From positions 18,910,001-18,974,000 of the forward strand of contig NW_025963791.1 in the NCBI RefSeq assembly GCF_023055435.1: a stretch of DNA of 64,000 bases, given 5' to 3'. Each line of letters begins with the position of its first letter. Positions within the stretch are counted from its first letter, which is position 1. This document shows positions 14,142-27,676 of the stretch, piece after piece. The translations under genes were made by a program, and so were the position numbers. The notes under the pieces are model-generated. The model was not told where the DNA came from and made no database searches. It saw only the letters and a program-made list of their open reading frames with translations. The DNA is from Haliotis rufescens. Its lineage: Eukaryota.

Positions 14142-15420
14142 TTCATTATAAGGAAGCATAGGTAACAAGTAACGGGTTAGTTGCACCGAGAGTACATTAT
14201 AAGGAAGCATGGGTAACAAGTAACGGGTTAGTTGCACCGAGAGTACATTATAAGGAAGCATAGGTAACAAGTAACGGGTTAGTTGCACCGAGAGTACATT
14301 ATAAGGAAGCATAGGTAACAAGTAACGGGTTAGTTGCACCGAGAGTACATTATAAGGAAGCATAGGTAACAAGTAACGGGTTAGTTGCACCGGGAGTACA
14401 TTATAAGGAAGCATAGATATCAAGTAACGGGCTAGTTGCACCGGGAGTACATTATAAGGAAGCATAGGTAACAAGTAACGGGTTAGTTGCACCGAGAGTA
14501 CATTATAAGGAAGCATAGGTAACAAGTAACGGGCTAGTTGCACCGAGAGTACATTATAAGGAAGCATAGGTAACAAGTAACGGGTTAGTTGCACCGAGAG
14601 TACATTCTAAGGAAGCATAGGTAACAAGTTGCGGGTTAGTTGCACCGGGAGTACATTATAAGGAAGCATGGGTAACAAGTAACGGGTTAGTTGCACCGAG
14701 AGTACATTATAAGGAAGCATGGGTAACAAGTAATGGGTTAGTTGCACCGAGAGTACATTATAAGGAAGCATAGGTAACAAGTAACGGGTTAGTTGCACCG
14801 AGAGTACATTATAAGGAAGCATGGGTAACAAGTAACGGGTTAGTTGCACCGAGAGTACATTATAAGGAAGCATGGGTAACAAGTAACGGGTTAGTTGCAC
14901 CGAGAGTACATTATAAGGAAGCATGGGTAACAAGTAACGGGTTAGTTGCACCGAGAGTACATTATAAGGAAGCATGGGTAACAAGTAACGGGTTAGTTGC
15001 ACCGAGAGTACATTATAAGGAAGCATGGGTAACAAGTAACGGGTTAGTTGCACCGAGAGTACATTATAAGGAAGCATGGGTAACAAGTAACGGGTTAGTT
15101 GCACCGAGAGTACATTCTAAGGAAGCATGGGTAACAAGTAACGGGTTAGTTTCACCGAGAGTTCATTATAAGGAAGCATGGGTAACAAGTGACGGGTTAG
15201 TTGCACCGAGAGTACATTATAAGGAAGCATGGGTAACAAGTAACGGGTTAGTTTCACCGAGAGTACATTATAAGGAAGCATGGGTAACAAGTAACGGGTT
15301 AGTTGCACCGAGAGTACATTATAAGGAAGCATGGGTAACAAGTAACGGGTTAGTTGCACCGAGAGTACATTATAAGGAAGCATGGGTAACAAGTAACGGG
15401 TTAGTTGCACCGAGAGTACA
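14142..15420. repeat. 51-bp minisatellite, ~25 highly homogeneous copies
   Basis: Unit cattataaggaagcat(a/g)ggtaacaagtaacgggttagttgcaccgagagta; produces the 17-aa periodic ORFs. Confidence 0.97.
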
Positions 15421-15668
15421 CGGTACAGATTGTGCTCGTTAGCTCGCTGGTGATGTTAACAGACATGAAAAAGGTGGGAGATTACTAGTACAGGTGTATG
15501 TTTCCACACACGTCCAACGTGCTCCGTCTGCAAATGTTTTTTCTTTACTTGAAGTATTTCAGCTATGGTGCCTGTTTGTAAACACTAGGCTACACAACGG
15601 TGCACATACTGACAACACGGGCAGGTTGTTCAGGATATCTGTTTAGTTTGCTGCGACAGTTGTTGCTT

Positions 15669-15876
15669 TAGTCTGTTTTACAGACCCTGATACAAATATA
15701 TATCAAATACAGCCCATGTAAGTCTTTAATGTTTGGCAAGTCTAGATTACTGCAGTATCAGTATATCTGAAAATGAAGAGAGTCACTGGGCTCCCTTTTA
15801 TTATATTTTCATGAAGATAACTGAACAACTGTTTTTCTTCTGTACGATATGTTCATTTCAGAGACTAGATGTTAGT
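15669..15876 (+). repeat. Family F repeat, copy 2
   Basis: Colinear with 8501-8698. Confidence 0.8.
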
Positions 15877-16339
15877 CTTTTGTTGCTTAAACACGTTGAA
15901 TTAAAAGCTTTATGACCCAGGCGCTTTCATATTCGGATTTCTGCCATAATATCCTGCCTGAATAATCTCTGAACAGAATTGAAACCCAAAACGATAAATA
16001 ACCATACTCTAACAAACCACTCTAAAGTTACAATGATTACGAAACGGGTGACTATGTCTTGTCATATCAGTAGACGGTGAGGACGAAGGTGAACTTCAAG
16101 GTCAAGAGGCAGTAGGCCCCTAGAAGTTATTCAAATCTTGAGGAGTTAATCTACTTTACTGAATTGTGTCGTTGTTGAATAACATCATAAATGCATAAAT
16201 GGAGAATGGGGGTGTAGTTCAGGTTGGACTGCCCGCTCGGTGTAATGGCATCGTTGGTGCCCATATAGTGGTAAGCCTGGCGGCATTGGAAGCCAATAGG
16301 ACTTGCCAGTGGACGTATATATCGTACCTTGAAATAATA

Positions 16340-16506
16340 AGTGAGTGAGTGAGTTTGATTTTACGCCGCTTTTAGAAATATTCCAGCAATATCACGGCGG
16401 GGGACACCAGAAATAGGCATCACACATTTTATCCATGTCGGGAATCGAACCCGGGTCTTCGGTGTGACGAGCGAATGCTTTAACCACTAGGCTACCCGAC
16501 CGCGCC
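16340..16506 (-). mobile_element. SINE family A with TSD
   Basis: TSD accttgaaataa at 16326-16337 and 16507-16518. Confidence 0.9.
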
Positions 16507-17393
16507 ACCTTGAAATAAAAGGACACCGATACACTGAATCGCCGGACTACCGTTATTGTAGTGAAGAAGTAATTAAGGCTGAAGTAAATGCAGGATAATA
16601 TATTGTAGGTAGGACTACTTGTACATGGCACTGTTATGTAGTGACGATAGGCAGGATACAGTGTTGTAGTAAGACAGATATAACTGCTGGCTCAACCCAA
16701 CATATTCAAATCATCATTTTGGATTCCGCATCATTCAGACTCTACACTGGGACAAATAACACCTAGGGATATCCACCCATCGTCCTCGATTGTCACTACT
16801 TATTTCGATCACCTCGGGACAGATCAATTCAGGAAATCGATAATTTACACACCAGTTAATCCACTCCTACAGCAGCACTGACTTTCGATGCCATGGCCGC
16901 CACCCGTGATTTGGGCCACGTGGTGTGAGTTATGAGCCCTGGACAAGTATGTGAAACCATATGGACGTTGTCATTCGTTATCTGGGTACAAGTCAATATC
17001 AGAAGTAGGCCGTGTCCGCCATGCTATCTGTCACGTGGTTGCATTACAATGACATGCATACACCCCTATGGGAAAATGAACTCATCCATGTTCAGGAATA
17101 AAGTTATCCCTTGGGTATTCTCCATCGCGCTGCTGTAGGGTATTGAATAAAGGTGAACAGGTACTTGAAGGAACAAAGTCGAACTGAACTGTGTTTTTTC
17201 AATGTATGTTCTTGACAATAGATCCAGTGCAACTGAGAACAGAGTCCAAGTGCATCACGTGCAGTCACTCAGTGTATCTCTTAGGTGAGCAAATGTACCA
17301 CTAGTTTGAATACCCTTCCTTCACGCTTCGTCCGTACCACGACTAGCACTTAGGAGCATTTTACACAGCAATACATAAACTTATATGCATGTA

Positions 17394-17566
17394 CAGTAAA
17401 CTACGGTTATAACGAACTCAAAGGGACCACTAATGTCTGTTCGTTATAACCGTAGTTTATTATAAGCATATACAGCACATGTACAGCAAAAGTTCGGGAC
17501 AAAAAAATAAGTTCGTAATATCCGTCAGTTCGTTATAAACGTGTCCGTTATTGCCGTAGTTTACTG
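17394..17566. mobile_element. Tc1/pogo-type MITE
   Basis: TIRs CAGTAAACTACGG / CCGTAGTTTACTG flanked by TA; related partial copy at ~7125-7270. Confidence 0.8.
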
Positions 17567-18229
17567 TATATTAAAGACAGATGTCGTCTTTAACGAGACA
17601 TGAAGATCTGTCAACGATTTATTTGATTTTCCTCTTTAAATCATATCCCTTATGTCTGACAATGGTTTTCATTAGTTCTGGCCCATGTTAAGCCATTCTA
17701 TGTTTACACTACTAATTGAAAATCGAAATGTTCCAATCATGATCCTTCAAATGTACCACCGACTACCTGTCACCAACAGCACAGAGAAATACACCGCCTG
17801 TAGCCCGTCACGTGGTTAGTGCAAGGTAAACACGCCGTGGTAATCAATTACAGGTATCACAGAGTCAACACGTTATGCAGCACCTGGTGCGACGCCCGCA
17901 GCGCGTGCTACCCCAGTGGAACACCCGGCCTTACACAGCACTTTTACCTCCATCTTTCTCGAAGTATATGTGGATGTCGAAGTATCTATCGCGTCCCAAA
18001 AGTGTACATATGTATTCTTCTATACACAAACATGCAAACGTACAACTTTATGGATTACAACTTCTGGTTTATTGCATATAGTGACGTTTCAATGTAGATT
18101 GATGTGGCATGACAAGTGTAAATAATACTGTACCAACAACGACCAAGGCTGCGATAGTGAAACGTGTCAAGTTCCTTATCGCAGACACCACATCACCAGC
18201 CGCACAGCATCCGCATCCCATGTGTCAAA

Positions 18230-18545
18230 CCAGTGACTGTCCTAGACCCCAGTGACTGTCCTAGACTCCAGTGACTGTCCTAGACCCAAGTGACTGTCCT
18301 AGACCCAAGTGACTGTTCTAGACCCCAGAGACTGTCCTAGACCCCAGCGGCTGTCCTAGACCCCAGTGACTGTCCTAGACCCCAGCAAATGCCCTAGACC
18401 CAAGTGACTGTCCTAGACCCCACTGACTGTCCTAGACTCTAGTGACTGTCCTAGACCCCAGAGACTGTCCTAGACCCCAGCGAATGCCCTAGACCCCAGA
18501 GACTGTCCTAGACCCCAGAGACTTTCCTAGGCCCCAGCGACTGTC
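18230..18545. repeat. 19-bp minisatellite, ~16 copies
   Basis: Unit cagtgactgtcctagaccc. Confidence 0.95.
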
Positions 18546-19629
18546 ATCAACCACACGCACCTATATGTACCAACGGAAATGAAAGAAACGTCTCTCGGGA
18601 CAGTCCAGTTTAAAAGCAGAAAAAAACACAATGTTATTGTACGAGCAACGCGTAGCTAAGTATAAGTACTACAATTAAGTGTCGGATATAACAGCGATCC
18701 AGTCCATTGCTAAGATTTTGAAACTTTCCCAACTTGTGTCTTCTGTTCATGACTATGACAGGCAATGACAGGGTATTTTAATCATTTAGTTTATATGATG
18801 CTTACTAACTATATGTATATCACAATTTTCATACGCACAGGTGTTGTGACCACGAGCCCAGTCCAGCGCACGTAATGCGTTAGACTTACACAAGTCTCTA
18901 AGGCAATAATTATTAGTTTAAATCTTAGATTTCTAGATTATGTAAATAATAAGAATAAGTTGTCCCAATAAGACTGAAGTCTACATATCTAGACTTGCCT
19001 ATTAGCAGGATGGAATTACTACACATCCATGGACTTATCTTCCACTACAGCCTTGAAACAAGGCTAGTAATGCGTCGCCGACATCGCACATCGCACTTGA
19101 AGAAAGCGTCACCCGTTTGCCACATGTAAGTACACGGGATCAACTCCTAGATAATCACTGTATGTCAACATAAACATGTTGAATTCGGCTGTTTTTGAAT
19201 CTGGTTAGGTTCTGACAAGCCATGACTTGGTCTCCACAGAGGACGTCATCCGTGTATCACTTTATTGCCTGTCGCGGTTGTGGGGTGAACTTTCAGTATA
19301 GTCTTCGGTTATTTTCGGAATGAGAGACTCAAGGGAATGCGGTGGATTGTTATCGAATAGTATTGACTTTCATAACCACGTTTCTTCATAGCCGTGAGCG
19401 GAATAGTCCAAGTCGCCGTGATACCATTCATTGCAAGTCAGTGTATTTAACACAGCCCTGATGCCATAAACATTGTAATGGAGGCTCCATCCGCCTCCAG
19501 TTTCAGTACCTGCCATCTTCTTCTTCTACTCCATCAAACTGATTTTTAATAAAGGCCCCAATCTAAAGACACAGCGTTAAACTCCACTTAGTTATTATTC
19601 AATTGCAAAAAAATTCACCATATACATAT

Positions 19630-19864
19630 GTTGGTTGGTTTGTTGTTTAACTCCGCAATCAGCAATATTCCAGCGGTCTGTAAATAATCGAGTCTGGACC
19701 AGACAATCCAGTGAATGATATCCTGAACATCGATCCACGCAATTGGGATCGATGACATGCATCAACCAAGTCAGCGAGCCTGACCCCCTGATCCCGTTAG
19801 TCGCCTTTTACGACAAGCATAGTGGCCTTATACGGGTTGGTGAAGACCTATTCTACCCCGGATC
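19630..19864 (-). mobile_element. SINE-like family B
   Basis: Matches family B. Confidence 0.8.
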
Positions 19865-20228
19865 ATATACATATGTGAGATGCACTTGTGTACAGTAGCA
19901 CATATATAAAGACATTCACAAAATAATGGCACAACACGGATTGTTCTCCTGCACGTTTCAGCTTTATCTTCAAGGAGAAGTAATCATATGTGCTACTGCA
20001 CACGAGTGCATGTCACCGCATATTCTCGTACTTTTTGGGGGTGAGTCCCGTCCGGGATTCAAACCCACACTGCCAGAGTGAGGCACCTACTTGCCAGCAC
20101 ACAAAGTCTGACTGACTCAGGCACCGAAGCTTCCACAAAAAAATGGAAATCCGACAACAGGTAGTCTAGATCACATACTTAGTGTACCCCTCTGACAAGC
20201 GTAAATTGGCATGGCTCCCATGGCCGAA

Positions 20229-20393
20229 GGGGCGGTCGGGTAGCCTAGTGGTTAAATCGTTCGCTCGTCACACCGAAGACCCGGGTTCGATTCCCGACAT
20301 GGGTACAATGTGTGAAGCCCATTTCTGGTGTCCCCATCCGTGATATTGCTGGAATATTGCTAAAAGCGGCGTAATACCATACTCACTCACTCA
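20229..20393 (+). mobile_element. SINE family A with TSD
   Basis: TSD cccatggccgaa / cccattgccgaa. Confidence 0.9.
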
Positions 20394-21264
20394 CCCATTG
20401 CCGAAAGCTATGAACACACTATACCATTTAGAAACTGGTCAAATGTAACACATGTTATATTTGGGATATCACTTTCTCAGTAAAGTACAAATTCTCGTAC
20501 GCTTTGGGCTGAGTCCCGTCCGGGATAATATATATCGGTCTATATGTGTAATTAAAAGCGACAAAACCTTTTCACAAAAACAATCTATGAAAATGGTCTA
20601 TTGGATTTCGACGATATCATAAGCATGTGTTTATGTACGACTATCGAAAAACTGATGACATTCTGATTGGGAGTGGGTGTTCATCACATATTTGAAGAGA
20701 TACTTCAAAGGTTGCCGTACGCGACTCGCTCGTATACCCCTCCACCTTACAAAAGAACACGCTTTGTCTTCAAGCCAGCAATTCTGTGGCTTCAAATAAC
20801 AAAGAGTATATCCCTGCCGTGTTGACAACATAAATCTTAAGATCATTCACAATAAAGTGATGTTTTTATTGTATAGACACATGACACCACGTATTTGGTA
20901 TGTGGACACGCATCACTGTGATGCCGCTGTTGAAATGTCAGGCAGTAGGTCAAGTACATGGTCAAGGCAAGACAGCGACCGCGGCCATGCTCGGGACACC
21001 AATCCACCAGCTACTTCAGCGCAGTAATGATGTGTCACTGAGTAAACAAGATTTATTACAAATGGGCCCATCTGACAGTGACGTCGTAAATTGCGGTAAG
21101 TGGGTGCCGAACACTGACAGGGCTTGATTAGTCTTGGTGATGTTCGCTACAGGCGCTATTGATCAGAGTAGCGCCACGACCTGGCCTTGTACAGGGGCTG
21201 GTAGCTATAGGAGTACACTGATCATATATATATCTATGATCACTGCATGGTGCTGCGGCTATAC

Positions 21265-21462
21265 TAGTCTGTCTTACAGACCCTGATACAAATATATATC
21301 AAATACAGCCCATGCAAGTCTATAATTTTTGGCAAGTCTAGATTACTTCAGCATCAGGAAGTGAAGAGAGTCACTGGGCTCCCTTTTATTATATTTTTAT
21401 TAAGATAACTTAACAACTGTTTTTTCTGTACGATATGTTCATTTCAGAGACTAGATGTTAGT
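21265..21462 (+). repeat. Family F repeat, copy 3
   Basis: Colinear with 15669-15876. Confidence 0.8.
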
Positions 21463-21607
21463 GTACGGCTATACTTTCTATCATCGGACCTTTTACCCGT
21501 GAAACCACATTAATAACAATACACGGATGTTCTTCTTTCCATGGAATAAGGACTATAATATTTTTATAGTAATAAATAGATGTTCGTGTTGTTATATAAC
21601 ACCGAGG

Positions 21608-21878
21608 GTGAGTTTGGTTTAACACCGCTTTTAACAGTATTCCAGTTATATCACGGCGTGTCAGCTCAATGCGGGTGGTAAGCCCGACGTGATGCAGGTC
21701 TTAGACGTTTATCACGTTGGGAAAACCACGAGCACGGGTTTAGTGCTGACAAACCTAGAAACATAATCGGGGCTAACCGGGATTCGAACCCACAATCATA
21801 GGTTTCTGGCGTGCCCAAGGGATGCAACTCTGCACAGCGAATTGCGGCGCCTTGGATGACTGGTCCACCCGTGCCCCC
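21608..21878 (-). mobile_element. tRNA-derived SINE family D (~280 bp)
   Basis: Colinear with 44291-44570. Confidence 0.85.
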
Positions 21879-22699
21879 ACATACCAATGACAAACAGGAA
21901 GTTTTGTTACCTTACTTATATCAAACAGGCTGATACGTAATACTGTATACATACCTGTGACTCACTGGTCATAGCCACATACTAGCACTACGGAGTGTAC
22001 GATAACATGACGCTTACGATACTTCAACACTTTGCCAGTCCTAACTCCGTAGTCAAACGAATATATGCAAGACGTTAACTGATGCATGATTTTCAATTAC
22101 ATGAACGAGTCATCGACATTCTTTCTTCAGAGAAGAGCACGACCTTTAAATTACAATTGGCATGCGTGCTGATTCCACACTCTGCACTAACCCTACCCTG
22201 TCCCTCAGCTCGAACATATCTGCCCCCCCCCCCCCCCCCCCCCCCCCCCTATCTCTCTCTGTTGTCTGCCTGCCCACTCTCTCAGTGATAGACCCTCGTC
22301 ATGTTTCACTTAGATTTGTAAAGAAAATACACATACAGTGGCTAAAGTGTTATCTCAGAAAATACGGGCGATACGTGAAACTACGCCAAAACTGTCAAGT
22401 ACGAGGACAAATCAGCTGGTGGGTAGAAGAATGTATTTATATCCCCCGTATAGGCACATATGGCCTTAGTTTCGTTCTGTGTTTCAGAAGTCAACTCCCT
22501 AAGTGTGTTGTGATCGCATTATTCACATACTGACGACATAATGGGATGCTATGTGGAAAGGGCGGCAATACGAGGCGGCAAGAAAACCACGAAGTATGCT
22601 TAAATAAGAGGGGAGGAAGATAGCGTATTGTGGGAAGTGGGAGGCGTTGGGGTGGTAGTAGACGGGTGGGGCAGGGTTTTAGTGGAGGGGGGGCGGTTA

Positions 22700-23357
22700 T
22701 ATAGCTGGGTAAGGAGAGGTAAGATGTATGGTGGTAGTGGACGGGTGGGACAGGGTGGATATAAAGGAGAGGTAAGATTCCAGGGTGGTATAGCTGGGTA
22801 AGGAGAGGTAAGATGTCAGGATGGTATAGCTGGGTAAGGAGAGGTAAGATGCCAGGGTGGTATAGCTGGGTAAGGAGAGGTAAGACGTCAGGGTGGTATA
22901 GCTGGGTAAGGAGAGGTAAGATGTCAGGGTGGTATAGCTGGGTAAGGAGAGGTAAGACGTCAGGGTGGTATAGCTGGGTAAGGAGAGGTAAGATGTCAGG
23001 GTGGTATAGCTGGGTAAGGAGAGGTAAGATGCCAGGGTGGAATAGCTGGGTAAGGAGAGGTAAGACGTCAGGGTGGTATAGCTGGGTAAGGAGAGGTAAG
23101 ATGTCAGGGTGGTATAGCTGGGTAAGGAGAGGTAAGACGTCAGGGTGGTATAGCTGGGTAAGGAGAGGTAAGATGTCAGGGTGGTATAGCTGGGTAAGGA
23201 GAGGTAAGATGCCAGGGTGGAATAGCTGGGTAAGGAGAGGTAAGATGTCAGGGTGGTATAGCTGGGTAAGGAGAGGTAAGATGCCAGGGTGGAATAGCTG
23301 GGTAAGGAGAGGTAAGATGTCAGGGTGGTATAGCTGTGTAAGGAGAGGTAAGATGTA
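22700..23357. repeat. 36-bp purine-rich minisatellite, ~16-17 copies
   Basis: Unit gtcagggtggtatagctgggtaaggagaggtaagat; source of the 12-aa periodic ORFs on both strands. Confidence 0.97.
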
Positions 23358-24557
23358 GGGTTGAGGTGGACGGGTGGGTCAGGGTGGTGGTGGTCATACG
23401 CCGACCCAGGGGAGCAGGTGTTGTGGACGCGAATCTTGACTAGGGCAAACCTAGTGGAGTGATAGGGTATGGTTGGGGCTTGTGCTTTGGGAGGAAGTGT
23501 GAGTATGTAGTCTCGACAAGCATCGACCCCATCACAGCATAACGTCAAATACAAAGGCTTTCAGCTTGAGACCTTTTCAGCAAATTATGTTAAAATAATA
23601 ATGAAATCACCTTTCATGTATTGAGATCACCCCCCTCCCCCCCCCCCCCCCCCCCCACACACACCCACCCCCCACCCACCCCACCCCACCCCTGCGTGCA
23701 CATATAGCATCTTGTACCTTCGTAATAGCCATCCACACATACATTAGACAAAATAAATCAGATTAGTTGAAAGCATTCAAGTTTCAAGCACACGCCCCAA
23801 AACAACCGAAAGTCATTTCATATGGGCGTTTCTGTCAATGTCAATGAAGCATTCTCCGACGGCTTATTAGAGCACTTGCTTTTCATTTCAGCCCTAATAT
23901 ATGCATACGTGCCCTAACAACCATGACTGCAAACATGCATCACACTTCATGTAGAACATCTTGATCAGGCAAGGGTAGGCGAGGGATATGACATGTTCTA
24001 GTATACTGACTTTAGTTTTGGTACATTTTAACACAATGATGTCTAGTAATAACAACTAACCAACAACAAATAATAACAAACAATATATATAATTTATTAA
24101 AAAGGTATGGCTCACGGTCGTTTGATCCCGGTCAATGAATCAGTATACATTCGCTTTTCATTCTCAGCTCCCTAGGGATCATATAGCTCAAGCTGAATGT
24201 GAGTCGCTAGGTTCACAGTCTCATTTTCATCCCATCCTACCGGGTACCCATTCACGGCTTGGTAGACAGAGGCATATTTCGAACAGTCACTTGCATAAGA
24301 AGACACCACATGTGCTACATAATATTCTTTGTGTTTGCCGTAAAAGGTTGCCGTGCTTCGGTGGAATAAGAGGGACTTTTGTATCATTGTGTCATGTGCT
24401 ATCTGTACACCTGTACATAGTTACAACACAGTACACAGTTGAGCCACTGCATGTCCTGATACACAGTAATAGTGTAACGGCTGCTTGTCATTTTCACGGC
24501 GTAGACCTTTGTCAGGGAAAGCTTTTAAGCCCTTGTATTCCATTGTAATGTCTGACA

Positions 24558-24830
24558 CGTGAAGATCCAGGGTAGAATAGGTCTTCAGCAACCCATGCTT
24601 TATTGCCGCAAAAAGCGACCGTGCTTGTCGTAAGAGGCCACTAACGGGATCGGGTGGTCAGGCTCGCTGACTTGGTTAATGCATGTCATCGATCCCAACT
24701 GCTTGGATCGATGCTCATGATATCAATTACTGGATTGTCTGGTCCAGACTCGATTATTTACAGACCGCCGTCATAGAGCTGGAATATTGCTTATTGAGTT
24801 CGGCGTTAAACAACAAAACAACCAACCAAC
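24558..24830 (+). mobile_element. SINE-like family B
   Basis: Matches family B; shares its 5' flank with the 11967 copy. Confidence 0.85.
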
Positions 24831-26015
24831 ATTCGCGATCGACGTTGCACCTGCTTTGTGGTGACCTGTGACCTGTACACATGGTCACGTGCCCCCACAC
24901 TACTTCAGGATATCACGACCCTCCGTGTGAGATTATGTTAGTTAGCAACACTGTAACAATACGACGACGCTTGGCCAGTAATCGTCCATTGTGGGGAATC
25001 GAGCCCGGATGTTTGGAGTGACCAGAGGATGTTTATATGATATACCTATTACAATGTAAATCAAGATGTTGTGATGACTCAGTTTTCTTCACTTGAGGCA
25101 TTGTGTCTACGTACACAGAGAAGCCATTGATTGCTTTTTGGTGCTGAGAATAGGTACAATGGGAATACAGTAACACTTAGTCCCAAAAATATAATGACCT
25201 TACCTAAAACTCTATATCTACTAAATAATAATTAAAATCCAAATGGATCCCAATACAATGCTTGATTTCTGGCCTAGAGCTGCAACAATCAAGACTTGCC
25301 AAATGATTCTAGACTTGATTTGGGTTCATTTCAATTGTTGTTGGAATGGCCAGATTCACGCTTTGACAAACTGTAAACCCAGCAGCCATAAGCTAGTCAC
25401 TAAAACCTTATATCTCAATAATCGACGCTTCAGTAACGGTTTATGAGGCGTTATGACAAATCCTGATTAACACCTGACATCCCTTGTTACGTCCTTGTTT
25501 GGGGACAACCGCTAAAAGTCACAAAGTGGCAACCGGTCAACGTGAAACCGCAACTAGATGGATTGTATCAGTGTTTGGGGCTCCAGACACTTGGAAGAAT
25601 GGTGTGAAATATCCAACACAACCTCTGATACCTGCTGCCGACACCAATGTCATGTCATACAATGGCTGCTTATATTCCCCTGGCGCACGTCGGCTCTGCT
25701 TTCATACATTATTTATTTCACAACATATCGAGTGTACAAAAACACAGATTTATCGATTGTCGATAACGAAAAAACGAAACGAAAATAGTTAAAAAGGACT
25801 AGGTCATTCATTGTGATATAAAACGGACAGATTATGAACAATGTGAATGCAAGATGGAGGGGATAGGGGCGTGGTTTGGGGTTTTCGTCCACAAAAACAG
25901 GTGCTCAATTATTGTGTTGGTTTTAAAAAAAATAAAATAAAGAACTGTATTTTTTTACACTTGTCCGCGAGAAAGGGCACATCATATATTTTCCTGTACT
26001 GTATTGTTTTTAAAG

Positions 26016-26061
<46 letters not shown>

Positions 26062-26394
26062 ACCTTCCCCCGAGAATCAAATAGTTGTGTTCTTGCAGCT
26101 TTTAATGTATTGCATAGTCATGACAAACGTTTGGTTGGATGTCAATAATGACGATAAGGGCTTTTTATGCTGAATCAGCTGACAAAACTCCCTCACGTTA
26201 ACAATTCCAGTGTTGCTACGTGCGTCCGGCTTGTCTCCAGGACGACGAGGAAGGTCAGATGGTAAGAGGGGGAGATTTATGGTGACACTCAGCAACACGA
26301 GGGCTAACACTTCATTAATATCGTAAGGTTAATTAAACGGAAACAAGACAATGCCTAAACACACGACGTTTACTTCAGAATAACCACGAGAATC

Positions 26395-26670
26395 AAACAC
26401 TCAGTCTAGTAATACGTATTTGTCTCTAGTATCAAGCACACAGTCTGGTAAGTCGTATTCTTCTCTAGAATAAGCACTCGTCATTCGTATTCTTCTCTAT
26501 AATAAAACACTCAGTCTAGTACTTGGTATTCTTCTCTGGAATAAAGCACTCAGCCTAGTACTTGGTATTCTTCTCTGGAATTAAGCACTCAGTCTACTAA
26601 TTCGTATTCTTCTCTATAATAAAACACTCAGTCTAGTATTTGGTATTCTTCTCTAGAAGAAAGCACTCGT
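26395..26670. repeat. ~39-bp degenerate tandem repeat
   Basis: aaaacactcagtctagtacttggtattcttctctggaat-like units. Confidence 0.85.
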
Positions 26671-27199
26671 AATTGGTATGTTAACTTCATATTACTATAC
26701 CATTGTTTGTTATAAACTAGACTGAAGTGCATGCATGAAGTAGTCCTGCTGCTACGACGACGTCCGTCCTACGCCATCACTGAGGAATACCTCATAGTGC
26801 ACTCTCTGTGCCTCCATGACGGTGATCTACGGTATGTTCAGCAGATCAACCAAACACTCGGATTACACCTATATATATCACCACCACACCCCTTTTCTCG
26901 CGACTCCGCTTATCTTGGGGTCAAACGCCCGGATAACCACACTTCCATTGGTCTCATGGCTTACACTGTTTGTCACGTGACACGAGTGACCCCAGGGACT
27001 CGGCTATCTCCGTATCAGACTAAAGTACACAGTTCTTGAGAAGGTTTTATAGGAGTTAGGTCACTCCAAACTTATTATTTGTTGTACGAATATTCATCCA
27101 CATTGAAGTTACGGTAGACGGTTATGTTTTATTTCACTAAAGAATATGGATGATTTGCTTAGATTGAACGATTATTGTGTATTTCTTTTTGCAGATAAT

Positions 27200-27504
27200 G
27201 ATGTTTATACAAGTAATATAAAATATATTTTAACATATGTTTTATTACAGCTGAAGTACAACGTGTGATATTTAATAGATTTAAAACTGACTGGAAACAT
27301 ATTAATTTACAATCACATAGCGCTTGGGGTAAGGGGGGTAATAAGTTAAAATTATATTGTACTTTTAAACATGAATACCGTTCATATGCCAATACTACGC
27401 GCCTGAAGCCCAGATCACACAGGAGTGCACGTTCTAAATTTAGAAGTGGAACAGCCCCAATAAACATCGAGCTTGGTCGATACAGCAAAAAGTCTGCATA
27501 AGAG

Positions 27505-27570
<66 letters not shown>

Positions 27571-27676
27571 TTTACAGTCTCTCGTAACTCTATATAGAGT
27601 GGCCCTACCTGGTGTATGTATATTGCTGTATTTTATTGGGGTGTGACTTTAATAAATTATCTGTCTGTCTGTCTGT
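27200..27676 (+). mobile_element. 3' end relic of a non-LTR retrotransposon (LINE) with internal (GT)n and a (CTGT)n tail
   Basis: KLKLYCTFK...RSARSKFRSGTAPINIELGRY is a typical LINE ORF2 C-terminal motif; followed by AATAAA and a simple-repeat tail. Confidence 0.7.

Noticed and set aside
14127-15410. Long ORFs with 17-aa repeats
   Set aside because: Read-through of a 51-bp minisatellite inside an intron, with sporadic stops and no splice or coding context.
22697-23554. 285-aa and 181-aa repetitive ORFs on opposite strands
   Set aside because: Both arise from a 36-bp satellite that is open on both strands.
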